Below are positions 40,964 to 53,249 of a stretch of 64,000 nt of DNA, piece after piece. The notes below the pieces were generated by a model. It searched no databases, was not told the origin of the DNA, and was given only the letters and a program-made list of their open reading frames with translations. Within the stretch, counting starts at the first letter, position 1, and every line of letters begins with the position of its first letter. The position numbers were made by a program, and so were the translations under genes. The DNA comes from Isurus oxyrinchus. Taxonomy: Eukaryota. Location: contig JANJGN010000018.1 in NCBI GenBank assembly GCA_026770705.1, positions 40,920,001-40,984,000 of the forward strand, read 5' to 3'.

Positions 40964-41365
40964 CTGGGGGTCTAACCTTCACTTGCAAGATGTTTGATGT
41001 TGCACTGGCTTTCCTGACCCATTGGTTTAAATGATTCCTTCCCCATAATTCTGCAAAACATAGAAACTTCCCAGCTTCTAGCTTGCTGGCTCGAGATACA
41101 CTCAACCGGACAGTATTGGTCACAGTTTTCACTACAATCATTTTTCCTTTGAAGTTCTCCGTCTTGTCCCCCCACTTAATCGCAGTGTCATGGGTGAAAG
41201 TGACAAGCTGGTAGCTGCCATTAGAATTGGCTGGTTGAAATTTCCAGGATACAGATGCTGGCACATGGGTAAGACGTGAAGGGGTAATGACACACTGGAG
41301 TTCAAATGTACCATAGTATTGCACGGTGGGTGTCCGTGTCATTGCAATAATCCCAAAGCTACTTT
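40964..41365 (-). CDS. CD101: CD101-like Ig V-domain 5 exon (402 bp)
   Basis: ESSF...FELQCVI...VSWKFQP...EAGKFLCFAELW. Acceptor gtttacag|, donor G|gtaag, phase 1-1. Confidence 0.88.
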
Positions 41366-41510
41366 CTGTAAACATTAAAGGAAAAAATTAATGAATATTA
41401 CCAACACTAATGAGACTTTTCAGTGATGCCAATTCCCTTGGCAAATATTCTAGAAACAGTACAGGTCTGAGTTTGTTAGACCAGAATGATGCTCTTTTGA
41501 CCAATTCAAA

Positions 41511-42161
41511 GGGCAGGATTTTCCACGTGGTTTGCGGGCATGTGCCTGACAAGCTCGAGTGTGTAAGAGCACACAATGACATTAGGCAAGCACCCTGACA
41601 TCATCACGCACTTGCACGATATCTCAGTCTACGGATGTGCATGTGAGTCGGCAACCACCCACCGGCAAGTAAGAGACCTATTAATGCCATTCGTCAAATA
41701 ATTAACATGTATTTTTCACTGCCCGTCCAACATTACGGTTGGTGGGCAGGTGAATTGACCAGGCGGCCTTTGGATTTTTTAGGAAACCTCATCCACGGGC
41801 AGGATGAGATTTCTGACATTAATTCAAAGATAAAAATGCTTCCACAAAATTTTTTATTATGTTTCTGTTCATGTGAGTGAGTCTTACATGGGGACAATCT
41901 TTTCCCCTGATTTTCAAAACCTTACATTTTGATTTTAAAATTCTTCAGCTCCCTGAGGCAGCTCCCCTGTGCGTGCGCAAGCTTTTCTGCTTGCACTCCT
42001 CCCACCCCCACCTCGGCAGCGCTGAGCTTCTCAGCACCTCTCTCACACTGGCTGGCCGCTAATTGGCCAGCCAGCATGAAATTGAGGTCACGGGGCCGAT
42101 CGCAGGCGGCTGCTCCAGGGCCCGCCCACCATGCCTGCCCGACGACCCGAAAATTCTGTCC
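41511..42161. mobile_element. Non-autonomous Harbinger derivative (MITE-like) in a CD101 intron
   Basis: Termini GGGCAGGATTTT / AAAATTCTGTCC, with subterminal similarity to 6704-6990 and 10860-10998. AAA flanks both sides. Confidence 0.7.
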
Positions 42162-43244
42162 AAAGGCTTTTTGAACACCAAGACTACTGTTTTCTCCCTA
42201 GACAGATTTTCCACTTGTCTGAAGACTGAAGAGGCCCTTTAGGTAATTCTAAAACTTTGCTTTGTTGAGCCAGGAAAAGCAGGAATGATCCTCCTGGTTC
42301 CGCAAGGAAAACTGCAGCCTCCCCTTCCCTAGGCTCCAACATCCCTTCCCTCTACCAGATCATGCCATTGATCTATCGACGCCAGTTACCTGGGAGTCAG
42401 TGCGTGGCACTTATTTATGCCAGTGGCTGTTCTGCAACCTCTTTATGCCCATTTCAGGTCCAATAAGGCTTGGTGATCAAAATCACTGTAGCTTTCCACT
42501 GCTTCTGCCAGTTGGGAAATCAACTCACTTGAGTGGTTTCCTGTCAGAAACTCGCTCCAAGTTAAAATCAATTTGAGCTTTCATTTCATTTTTACAGATG
42601 TTGTCTCTGATTTATTGCATGTTTCCATCATTTTCTACTTATATTTCTCATTTTCAACATTTGAGGGCTTTTATTTCATTTGTTAACTTTAAATATATTT
42701 TCGCTACAAAGTAATATGGCGGCTCAATAATCTGGGGCTCTAGCACTCCACATCGCAGGGTGGTGAGATACTCCATGATTCCCCACATGGTAGATTTCCC
42801 AACTTAGCCATACAGAGCAGAAGAGACCACCATGGATTTTGGGCATTTTTTCAATGAAATGTGAGAAAATAAGAGAAGTATTCACCCCTGCCTAAGACTC
42901 TCATGCACCACTTCAGTAGTTGGTCACCAAGTCACCTACCCATTTACTCAATTGGGAATAATGCATGGAACAAAATGACCCAGAAAGGTGCTTATTTTTA
43001 TTAAAAAATTATAAATAGAAAAGTAGGCAGAAAAAAATTGTTCATTTTCTGCCCAAAATCCACTTCATTAAAAGTTGTCACCAAATGCATCAAAATTAGG
43101 GAAGGCAATGAAAGCCCCATTTGTGTCTTGACTGTGTATGATAGAATAAGGACCATCCCGTTGAAAACTTGATCTATGTCCATTCGAGAACCCTGCAATT
43201 GTTTAATTTGAAGTATCACAGATATTCAATACTGAAGTGCTTAC

Positions 43245-43649
43245 CAAGGGATTCGATAGTCACAGCTTTATTGTTGCTGACATACTCTCCGGCTAGCTGC
43301 CACCTTCCATTAGATCCTGCTTCCCATTCCATCACTTTGCAAGCATACATTCCCTGATCTGAAGTCAGGGCATTATAAATACTCAACATGAAGGAATCCG
43401 ATTTCACTCTTGCTATTCTGACATCACTGTTAATGACACGCTCATGGTAGGGCTGATAAGTAACCTGCATACCATCTTGGTCCATTCCAATGATATCACT
43501 GTTTTGATTCTGTTGGTTTATGAACTGCCAGGTAATAGAGAGCCGACCATAGCCTGCTGTTTCTGAATGAACGTCACAGGCAAACTGAAGAAAATCACCT
43601 TCCAACACCACAGTAGTATTACTGTTGATTACCACCTTAAGGTTGGTTT
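43245..43649 (-). CDS. CD101: CD101-like Ig V-domain 4 exon (405 bp)
   Basis: TNLKV...LQFACDV...LSITWQF...DQGMYACKVMEW. Acceptor atttcacag|, donor G|gtaag, phase 1-1. Confidence 0.88.
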
Positions 43650-45110
43650 CTGTGAAATGACAAAAAATTACTATAATGTGAGAAATACATGGAAGCGATG
43701 AATGTTTGGTGGTGAGAAAGCTGTGTTTAGTCAAACATGCTAGCTAACAGAATAAATAAGGTTTATGAACATCAACAGAACAACAACTTACATTTATGTA
43801 ACACATATAACATGGCAAAATTTTTCAAGGCACTTAACAAGAGCCTTGGATATTAATGCAGGATTTGTGTTGCAGTGACATACGTGCTTTAAATTAGTGA
43901 TTAAGCAAGCTATCTCCAATTGCGGAAGGATTAGGGAATCATTGTCAGAGCATATAAACGGGTCACTCAGTGTCTGGGAGGAACTGGGAGAGCCTGTGAC
44001 TTTGCTTGATGTTTTGGAAATAAACCTGTTTTAAAGTACAGGCTAGCTTCAGGTTCATTTTTCCTCAATGTGTGATTATTGGAATTAACATTGGGCTTCT
44101 TTAGACACTAAGCCACATAATGAGAAATCGGGAAAGATGACCAAAAGCTTGATTGAAGAGGTAGGTTTTAAGAAGTACTTTAAAAAAAGAGAGGAGATAG
44201 AGAGGCTTAGAGGTTTATGGAGGAAATTCCAGAGCTAGCTGAAAGCATAGCTCTAATAGTGGAGCTATTAAAATCAGGAATTCACGGCAGGCTTGAATTG
44301 GAGAAGCACAGAAATCTCAAAGGCTTGTAGGGCTGGAAAAAGTGACAGATGAGAAGTGGTGAGGCCATGGAGAAATTTGAAAACAAGAATTAGAATTCTA
44401 AAAGTACAGTGTTGTCAAATGTGGAGCCAATGAAGGACAGCAAGCATAGGGTGATGGGTGAATGAGATATCATAGGGTTATAGTACAATACAGCCCTTTG
44501 TGCAAGTGCCAGCTCTCTGCTAGTCCCATACCACCCCCATAGCCCAGCAATTACTTTCTCTTCCTGTGCTTATTCAATTCCCTTTTGAAATCTAAAATTG
44601 AATCTTCCTCCACCACACACTCTGGCAGTGTATTCTAGATCCTAACCATTCACTGTGTAAAAAAAATTTTCTTCATGTCGCTGTAACTTCAGTGTCCTCT
44701 GGTTCTTGACCCTTCTGCCACCAGTGGGAATAGCTCCACCCTATCTATTCTGTTTGGACTGCTGGGTAATTGAAAGCTGAATGCTGCTGTGCTTGGGGTT
44801 AGGAACTGATCTTGGGCAGCAGCATAAATGAGAGCTAGTGAATCTTACAGTGTGTTTTATGTCCAGTCTGATTTTCTTTTCCGTGGACCTTATTGGACAA
44901 TAAAAGTCATGCTGAATGTAAATCTGGTTGCCCATTCATTATCACCATCTTGCTCCTGCCCAAGATGAGCATCTATCCCTTTGTGTCTGAGATTTATAAA
45001 GTTCATCCAGGAGCTGACCAGATATCCTGTCAGAATTAAGATATAATACTGCTCCTAATATCTTAATCACCATCAAAGATAGGAATAAAGTTAATCTGAA
45101 TGTTTCTTAC

Positions 45111-45491
45111 GTGGTTGTTGAACAGTGACTGCAACTTCCTTGGATTTGTTGGTAGAGAGTGCTCCAGTTGAACCTTTCTCAGTCTCTTCCACTTGACAGT
45201 GATATGTACCATCATCCTGCATTTGAATCTGATAAATTTTCAGAACATAGTCCCTGTCACTTTTCTTACTGACCATCACCTTTCCCAGCTGTGCTCTCAT
45301 TTTATATTCATCATGAAAGGATGGTACTGCATTTGGTCCAATACGAACTGTTTCATTTTTGTTCAAGAACCAGGCAATAGAGAAGAAGCGTTCTGCGAAA
45401 TTCTGAGCTTCAACTGTGCAGACTATTTCCAGTGAGCCTCCTACAGCAATATTGACTGCAGTGGCTTTAATCAGAGCATGAAACTGATTAC
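45111..45491 (-). CDS. CD101: CD101-like Ig V-domain 3 exon (381 bp)
   Basis: GNQF...LEIVCTVEA...FSIAWF...DDGTYHCQVEE. Acceptor cactgcag|, donor C|gtaag, phase 1-1. Confidence 0.88.
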
Positions 45492-47673
45492 CTGCAGTGT
45501 GAAACAAAATGAATATTATCACTGTGCAAGTCAGTATATGGGGCCAAATCAGAAGCAAAGTGAGCGAATTTGCCAAAGTTTTAGCCTGATGAAAGACCAC
45601 CATTTCAATGTCGGCTTTGATGTAGTGTAGAGAGCACAAGGCGATGTACAAATTGGATGGAAATATGGCTTCCTATGCAGTTAATTTACTTTAGTGGCGA
45701 GAATGCTGGAGATAGTTTCTGTACAAGTTTCCTGATTGTCCAGGGACGTGCTCCTAACATACTCACTTGCTTTCTTTTTAAAAGATGATCTTTTAAATTT
45801 CATCGTTTCTAGTTCATTACTAAATATAAATGAGTCCAAATGATCTTTGCTATTTGACTAGTGATCCTGAGGGCACAGAGCAGCATACTTTTTTATGATC
45901 AGAGGAAGAGAATGGAATGTGGAGGGAGATTAAGGGATCAAAATGAGATGGAAGCAAATGGATGTAAAATTCAAACATTATAAATTTCAAAATTCAGAGA
46001 CTGTCACCAGCTCAGTATTGGCAGATATCCAAAGCGTGTCAACAAGTGCAATTATTACACTTGCCTTTAAGTGGTGTACCCTTGGCCATTAAGGCTACCT
46101 TTAAATTGTAAGACACTCTCTTTGGTGCAAACTGGGGAGTGCCATTTGAAGCTGAAATTTATCGCATCAGCAATTGAAGTCTGCTGAAGGTTAAGAGCAA
46201 TGATTCACTCTGTGCATTAACATAATACTGGCGTTCATCAAAAGGTCAGTGATTCAAACTTCACAAAAGACCTTCAGTTTATACATCTGACTGTTTGCGC
46301 TATAATTAACCTGTCTAGTACATTATTGTCTGTTATGATCTCCTGTCACTACCACTAAGACTCAGCCATAGCAAACCATTCAATGCTTGTCATCCAAAGT
46401 TTGGCTGAGAGCAGGGTAAAATAGGAAAGTTTATAAATATAACTATTTATGGTGTCTGCAATCTGTCCGCACAAGATCACACAATATAAATGTACACATG
46501 TAAATCCTTACTTATGGCCATTTTTTGCAGTATTTGAACAATCAAAGGCTAAAATTTGACTTGGTTCAGCTGAGCTGTGGAATCCAAATGTGCTCAGCTC
46601 TTTGATCTAGCTGAGTGTCTAATTTCAGATAGGAGGGACTGTTTGATCTAGGTGCTAGTGCATATGACCAATGCCTAGGGTTCCCAGTTGGTTTAATCTG
46701 AAAAATGGGCACACGTTGGATGAAACTATTTGAAATTTGGGCTAGAGAACTATCACACGGGTTCTGTAAAGACCAACTGGCAGTAATGAGATCAGTGAAG
46801 CCCAGTCCCAAGACTCCCTGGTGTTGATCCCAATCCACCTTTCAAAACTAGACAAGATAATCCATTCAAGCTGGAATACTATGCTTCTCTGATTGCAGTC
46901 TGAACATCCTTGGGAGAATTAAGCACCCCTGTCCTTAGACATGGAGGCTTTACGGCAGGTTTTCTGGAGTTGGCAGCCACCCCACGAAGGATTCTACTGT
47001 TATAAACCATCATGCAAGGCAGCATATAGGTGAGTGGCGGACCCCTTTATCCAAGCCATTGTCTGCAACAAACTGCTTGGTATAATTGTCAATGAATGCA
47101 CCAACTCCTTATGCTCAGGAAGAAAGCATCTTTTTAAATAATTGAGTGGTTCAGAAGTGGTATTGCAAAGTACATCATGTGCCATAATGCTGAAAGCATT
47201 TAAGATACTGTGAAGGGTATATTAATTATAATTATCAGCGCTGCTTTGTATGCTGAATTAATGGAAGGTTGACAATGGGTTCTCCTACCATGGTTAATAA
47301 ACTTCTTTAGGCATTACCACCAGGTAGGTGGCATGTTGCTCACGGGATTGTAACTTGTGAGCTCTGTTATGTTGTGGCTTTTCACTCAAGATATTTTTCC
47401 CAGTTTTAGCATTGCAGACTTCTACGAATGAGCCCTTGTGTCTTTAAGTCAGAAATACACTTTTACTTGCTCAACTGTTAGGTATCTTGTAACAAACCCA
47501 AGGAAAGCACAGAAAATCCTCAATACTATATTTTGGCTCAGTAGTTATATCTCGTACTTCATGTGATGTTTCGCAATTTTGGGATATAGCAAAACAACCA
47601 AACCACTGGACCATGGCAATAGTGTCCAAAAGATTTAACAAATAGGTTTATTGAACAGCAGAAATGATACGCT

Positions 47674-48104
47674 GCTTGTTTCTACTGGAGTTTAGAAGAG
47701 TGAGGGGTAATTTGATTGAAGTATACAAGATCCTGAACGGCCTTGACAAGGCAGATGTCAAACAGATGTTTCCTCTTGTGGGTGAGTCCAGAACTGGGGG
47801 GGGGGGGGTGTGCTGTTTTAAAATTAGGGGTCACCCTTTTAGGACAGAGATGAGGAGAAATTTTTCTCTGAGTGTTGTGCAACTTTGGAACTCTGTCTCA
47901 GAAGGTGCTGGGTGCGGGGTCATTGAATATTTTTAAGGCAGAAGTAGATAGATTCTGGTTAGGCAAGGGAATCAAAGGTTATCGGGGGCAGATGGCAATA
48001 TGGAAATCGAAACACAAGATGATCAGCCATGATCTTATTGAATGGCGGGGCTAGCTTGAGGGGCCGAATGGTCTACTCCTGTTCCTATTTCTTATGTTCT
48101 TATG
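47674..48104 (+). mobile_element. CR1 LINE 3' end with (TTCTTATG)2 tail
   Basis: LFLLEFRRVRGNLIEVYKILNGLD; terminal octamer repeat. Confidence 0.85.
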
Positions 48105-49660
48105 CAGAGTAATTATCGTTATCACCCTGAATATTAATCTTTACAATATGCTTGCTTTTTCTCTTCATGGAGCATCTCCCTATCATCTGACGCCTTCAGA
48201 TGGATCACAAAATTTGAACAAAACCAACTCAGAAATAACTTTTACAAATTTAGCTGGGCCAAAGAAAATTTAAATATTTGTCTCAAACTCAGCAAAAGGT
48301 TGCCAAACAAAATATATGTAAACAAATTGTAAAAGGTGCTTGTATTTGAACTGAATATCTTATCCCTTCTCTCGGACATCATATGCAGACTTGACGGGGG
48401 ATTTTTCAGATTGGATGGAATCCCACCACAAAGTCACTTGGGGGGAATTACCCTCAGACTGTGCTAACCCCTAATTTTTTGCAATCGGCCTTATCTAAAT
48501 AATTCAGGCAAATTTCCAGTTGATTTCCATCAGCAACAGGGATCCAGCATCTGAGAGAAGGTGGAAAACAGTGAAGGCAGGCCTACTTCCTTTGAGGCGG
48601 CCAAAGACAAAATTTTTGCAGTTGCTGGGCATTGGATATAATCAATTACCTAGCGGCCTCAGGAGAATTTAAATTTTAAGTCCCCCGCCCCTTGTCACAG
48701 CAGCACTATCCACAAGACCATTTTGCTTTGTTTATTCTTTTATTGACAAAAAAACTCTCATGATGTTTTGCCACAATTAATATGCTGTTTGAATAGGCAC
48801 AAATATATTTGGATGGACATATTCAATATCTACCAGTAAATAATATTGGAACTAGGATCAGACCATCAGGAGCTAGTGGAACAATTTACAACCGGCCTGT
48901 CCCTGATGTACCCAAAATCATCAGGTACACAAACTGAAAGATCAACTTAAATTCTGAATATCTGTCCACAGTGTGGGTATCAAAACAAGACGCAACATTG
49001 AAATGATACATTGGTGACAAAAATGTCCCATTTCTGCCATCCCCATCTCATGCCTTTATTGTGGTGTTCACTGGGGCGCAGTGTCATTCTCTTCCAGGCA
49101 GAACCAGCAGCTGCATATAACCCCATCTAAGTTGCTGGGCATCTTCTGTGCTGTTACGTTCCTTCCAGCTGCTGGGAACCTCTGAAGAAACTGGCTACCT
49201 TGACAAGCTAACAAAAGCAAGGACTGCTCCTTCAAGCTGCCGCAGCCCTTCAATCCTGTAACAGCACTTGATTTCTTGAATTGCAAGTCCTAATCGGGCA
49301 TTTGCAATGCCAAAAATTCACCTGCATTATGCTGATGAGGCTGCCCACAGAATTACAATCAAGGTTCTGTTCTCACATGACCTGACTTCGGGTCAAGCTT
49401 TCACCAGATTGCAGAATCTTTGTCCTTGTGTATAGATTTTCTTTTCTAGTGATAAATCTTGCATGAGTGTATGTAGTGTAAATACAGATAGTGAACATGC
49501 AATTTCCAGCTAAATAATCTCTCTCATCATCACCGCAAAATGTGTATTATAAATTCAGCCATGTGCAACACTTGAGTTTCTTACCACAATGGATGTAACA
49601 GTCACATTATGAAAATGTAGCTGTTTAAAGGAGATATGTTTATTTACTTATGAGTCTTAC

Positions 49661-50068
49661 CTATGCTTTTAACATTCACTGTGGTCTTTTCAGTACGTTT
49701 ATTAGTCAGGCCATACCAGGATTTGTCTAAATCTTGGATCCACTCTGTGCCTTCACAATAAAACTCTCCCTGGTCTGACATCTGCAGTTTGGAGATGGTG
49801 AGTTTGAATGAAGTCGCTCCAATCTTATCAAGTCGTACATCTCCTGATGCCTGTCTCTGCGAATATGACTGTCCAGGATGTAGGATGAAATCTTGTGTTA
49901 GAGAGATGACCTGGAGATTCTGATTCGCTTTCTGTAGATACCATGTGACAGCCACGTGTGTGTGCTGCTCTGTGCGTTTGGATACTTCACAGGTCAGTTC
50001 CAAAGTATCACCTTCGACTCTATCCAGGGTCTGGGGTACTGATATTGCACTGAGTGTGTCGGGAATAA
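49661..50068 (-). CDS. CD101: CD101-like Ig V-domain 2 exon (408 bp), carries the EWI motif
   Basis: VIPDTL...LELTCEVSKRTEQHTHVAVTW...DQGEFYCEGTEWIQD. Acceptor ttcttacag|, donor G|gtaag, phase 1-1. Confidence 0.9.
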
Positions 50069-50799
50069 CTGTAAGAACATATGTTTTGAGCATGTTTTGC
50101 AGAATGTACAATGGATAATTGTGCTTGAATACAAGAATGCAATACTTCCACAATCTAATTTGTCTAAAAAGGTACCTTAACTCAATACAGATCAAACATT
50201 CAGTTCTTCCACAGTATGACATTTTGAAAAACAATATGGAGAAACAAAACTCTAAAACTCCATGGGATCAGTTGCTTTGGTGAATTACAGCCTCTCTAGT
50301 CATTCATTATTTTGACTTCTGCTCAAATCCATCTGAGATAGAGGTGATCAGAGATTTTAAGCAGAACAGTTGTACATGATAGCTTAATATATTAACATAC
50401 TCTTCTTCTTGGGTTTCTCCAATGGCTCAATGGATTAGAATACACTATTGTATGGTATTGTGCTGTATACACCCTGGATGGCCATAGCCACTGATGTCCT
50501 CAGCAACCTCTGACTAGAATGGGCATAGCCAGAATGGGATCCTACTCCTTTTTTTTATTTCACAGGATGTTGGCAATTGCCCTTGAGTAGGTGGTGGTGA
50601 GCTGCCTATCCTGAGACCTATCGAGTGACCCTGCTGCAAAGTGTATGGATGTTGTGTAAGAATTAGCTTGTGCTTCAATGCACCTGATGCTTGCATAGTC
50701 TGCCAGCACTGCTGACCTAACTGATTCACTACTGGCCTTTAGGGAAGGAAACCTGACTTCCTAAATCTGTCTTGCCTATATGTGACTATAGGTGGCAAG

Positions 50800-51478
50800 A
50801 TTAGAGAACTGGGGTTGTTCTCCTTAGATCAGCAAAGATTAAAGAGAGATATTTGATGGAAGCATTCAAAACCCTAAATGGGGTTTTGATAGACTAAATT
50901 AGGAGAAACTACTTTCAGTGGCAGAAGGTCCAGGGACCAGAGGACAGAAATTTCAGGTAATTGGCAAAAGAACCAGAGGTGATGTGAAGAAACTTTTTTT
51001 TAAAAAAAAACAGAACAAGCAGTTATGATCTGGAATTAACTGCTTGAAAGGTGGTGGAAGCAGATTCAATAATAACTAACTATCTAAAGGGAATTGGAGA
51101 AATACTTGATAAGAAAAAAAATTGCAGGGCTCTAGGAAAAGAGCAGGGGTTGGGCTTAATTGGAAAACTCTTTGAAAGAAAAAACAAAAACAGAAATACC
51201 TGGAAAAACTCAGCAGGTCTGGCAGCATCGGCGGAGAAGAGTACAGTTGACATTTCGAGTCCTCATGACCCTTCAACAGAACTAAGGGTCATGAAGTCTC
51301 GAAACATCAACTGTACTCTTCTCCGCCGATGCTGCCAGACCTGCTGAGTTTTTCCAGGTGTTTCTGTTTCTGTTTTTGTTTTGGATTTCCAGCATTCGCA
51401 GTTTTTTTGTTTTTAACTCTTTGAAAGAGCCTGGAGCCAAATAGCTGCCTTCTGTATTGTGTCATTTTATGATTCTAT
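50800..51478 (+). mobile_element. CR1 LINE 3' end, host of the 51180-51414 palindrome
   Basis: gaactggggttgttctccttag, accagaggacag, gtggtggaagcagattcaata, ending tatgattctat. Confidence 0.75.
51180..51414. mobile_element. Non-autonomous Penelope terminal fold-back (palindromic) insertion with 14-bp TSD
   Basis: About 93-bp inverted arms around the 10-nt loop CAACAGAACT. Tail at 51383-51414. AACTCTTTGAAAGA at both 51166-51179 and 51415-51428. Confidence 0.9.
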
Positions 51479-52155
51479 AAACTGAACCTTGTGATCTCTG
51501 GAACTCAGTACCACAGTGGGCATTACCATCACTCACAAGGCCAAGGAGTGTCAAAAATCAAAAAGCATTTTGAATCTTACAAACAATGATATGTTCTTGT
51601 ACTATATGAACAGGCTGCTCATCTGATTTGGCTAATAGTAGTATGTTTCCCATTCTATTCACTCTTCCTAGAAAATCTCAAAGAAAAGTGCCTACCTATA
51701 AATAAGCAAACTGCATGTACAGGAAACACATATGGTGCATTACATCATGTTTAATAGGATTTAAAAACAAACAAATACGTTTAACAATGGTGGGTTTCTA
51801 CATGTTGGTAAATTTTATAATGTGAGCTAAGAACTCATTAGGACTTTATACATGTGCATGTCTTGTTTATAATCAGATTTCATGATGGTGTATTGTTCTA
51901 ATTGATCAAGATGTATGTATAATTGTGCATTTCTTTTTATATAGTAGGATTCATAAGGCTGTGATGAAATTTGGATAGGATTGTCAGTACCTTTTTGCTA
52001 CATTTTTATTAAATTGCATTTATACACAGCTGAATGTTTAATTGGTTACAATATTCATTCTGCGTACTTTCAATAAGGATGAAGCTGATAATGGTCAGGT
52101 ATATTAAAGTCCTGAAAACAAAAATAGAACAGGTGAGAACATTTGAATAACCCAC

Positions 52156-52533
52156 CTGTCAAGTTCATCTTGCCATTGTAGGATCCCCAGTATATACTGG
52201 CTGTGTTGGGGGTGTAACACTCATACTCTCCTTCATCACTTTTCTGCAGTTTTGTAATGTGTAACATCACCGAGCTTGCTGTTACCCTCTCTATGTAAAT
52301 CTCATTATTCCGCACTCTCTCTCCATAGATGGCGTAAAAGAAATCAGAAGTAACCGTGCTGATAATCTGGATTTTCAGTGTAGGCTCAGCTGGACGAAAG
52401 ATGGACCACTCAAAGTTCTGTTCCGAAGACTCCTTTTCCCCACTCACAGTACACTGAATTGTTATATGGTGTCCCTCAGCCCGGACTAGGGGTCCTTCTT
52501 GTAATTTCACTTCTCTTTGAGCAGTGCATGAAT
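52156..52533 (-). CDS. CD101: EWI-family IgSF receptor (CD101/IGSF2-like), Ig V-domain 1 exon (378 bp, phase 1-1)
   Basis: Encodes DSCTAQREVKLQEGPLVRAEGHHITIQC...EQNFEW...DEGEYECYTPNT..YWGSYNGKMNLT, the characteristic first domain of CD101/IGSF3. Acceptor ...gatatag| at 52535-52534 and donor G|gtggg at 52155. The symbol is inferred from the 7-domain count and the tail motif; IGSF3-like is not excluded. Confidence 0.88.
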
Positions 52534-53249
52534 CTATATCAAGATATAAATACAAGAGGTAGTTCAGGTCATTTTTCTCTTGAAGTGAAAACAAAAAATT
52601 CTGAAAGAACAAATCTGCATTTTATCCTGAAGAACAGGAAAAATTTAAATCTTGTATTCAACTTGGGATGTAATACAGAAACAAGAATGTACCTCCTAAA
52701 TGTCTGATGGAGTTCTGTTACAAACACTGGTGAATGATCAATAAAGCAATTGTGTTACAGTTAGACACAAAACATTTGCCTCACGTGCAATAATATTGGT
52801 AAACACATCCAAAAAAGTAACCTTAAGCTCCTGGTGAAGAAATAGTGGCTTCTTATGTATTTAAAGTGATTGGCCAAAGAACTTGAGATGAATAGGAAAA
52901 CCTATTTATGAATGATAGGGTGGAATACAGATAACAGTGACCTTCAAGAAGAACTTGGATAAATACTTGGAGAAAAGAAAACTGCAGGGATATGGGGAAT
53001 GAGTGGGGAAGCGGGGCTAACTGAATTGCTCATCAAAAGAGCTGGTCAAATGGTCTCCTTCTATCAATAACGTTTTATGAAACTATTTATGTGCCATTTT
53101 AGCAAAATTTTCAGCTCATTTGAAAAAAGTGTGATAACTGTTAAAATAGTTCATACAGAAATTTGACATGAATGCATTGACATGAATGGATAGGCAAAAA
53201 ATAGCACACAGAGAAACTTAGGGCATAACAATATTGAGAAGTCACCAAA

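Noticed and set aside
35331-52612. Hydrophobic N-termini of the single-exon Ig ORFs as signal peptides of separate secreted proteins
   Set aside because: They are translated polypyrimidine tracts upstream of clear splice acceptors; all exons join in phase 1.
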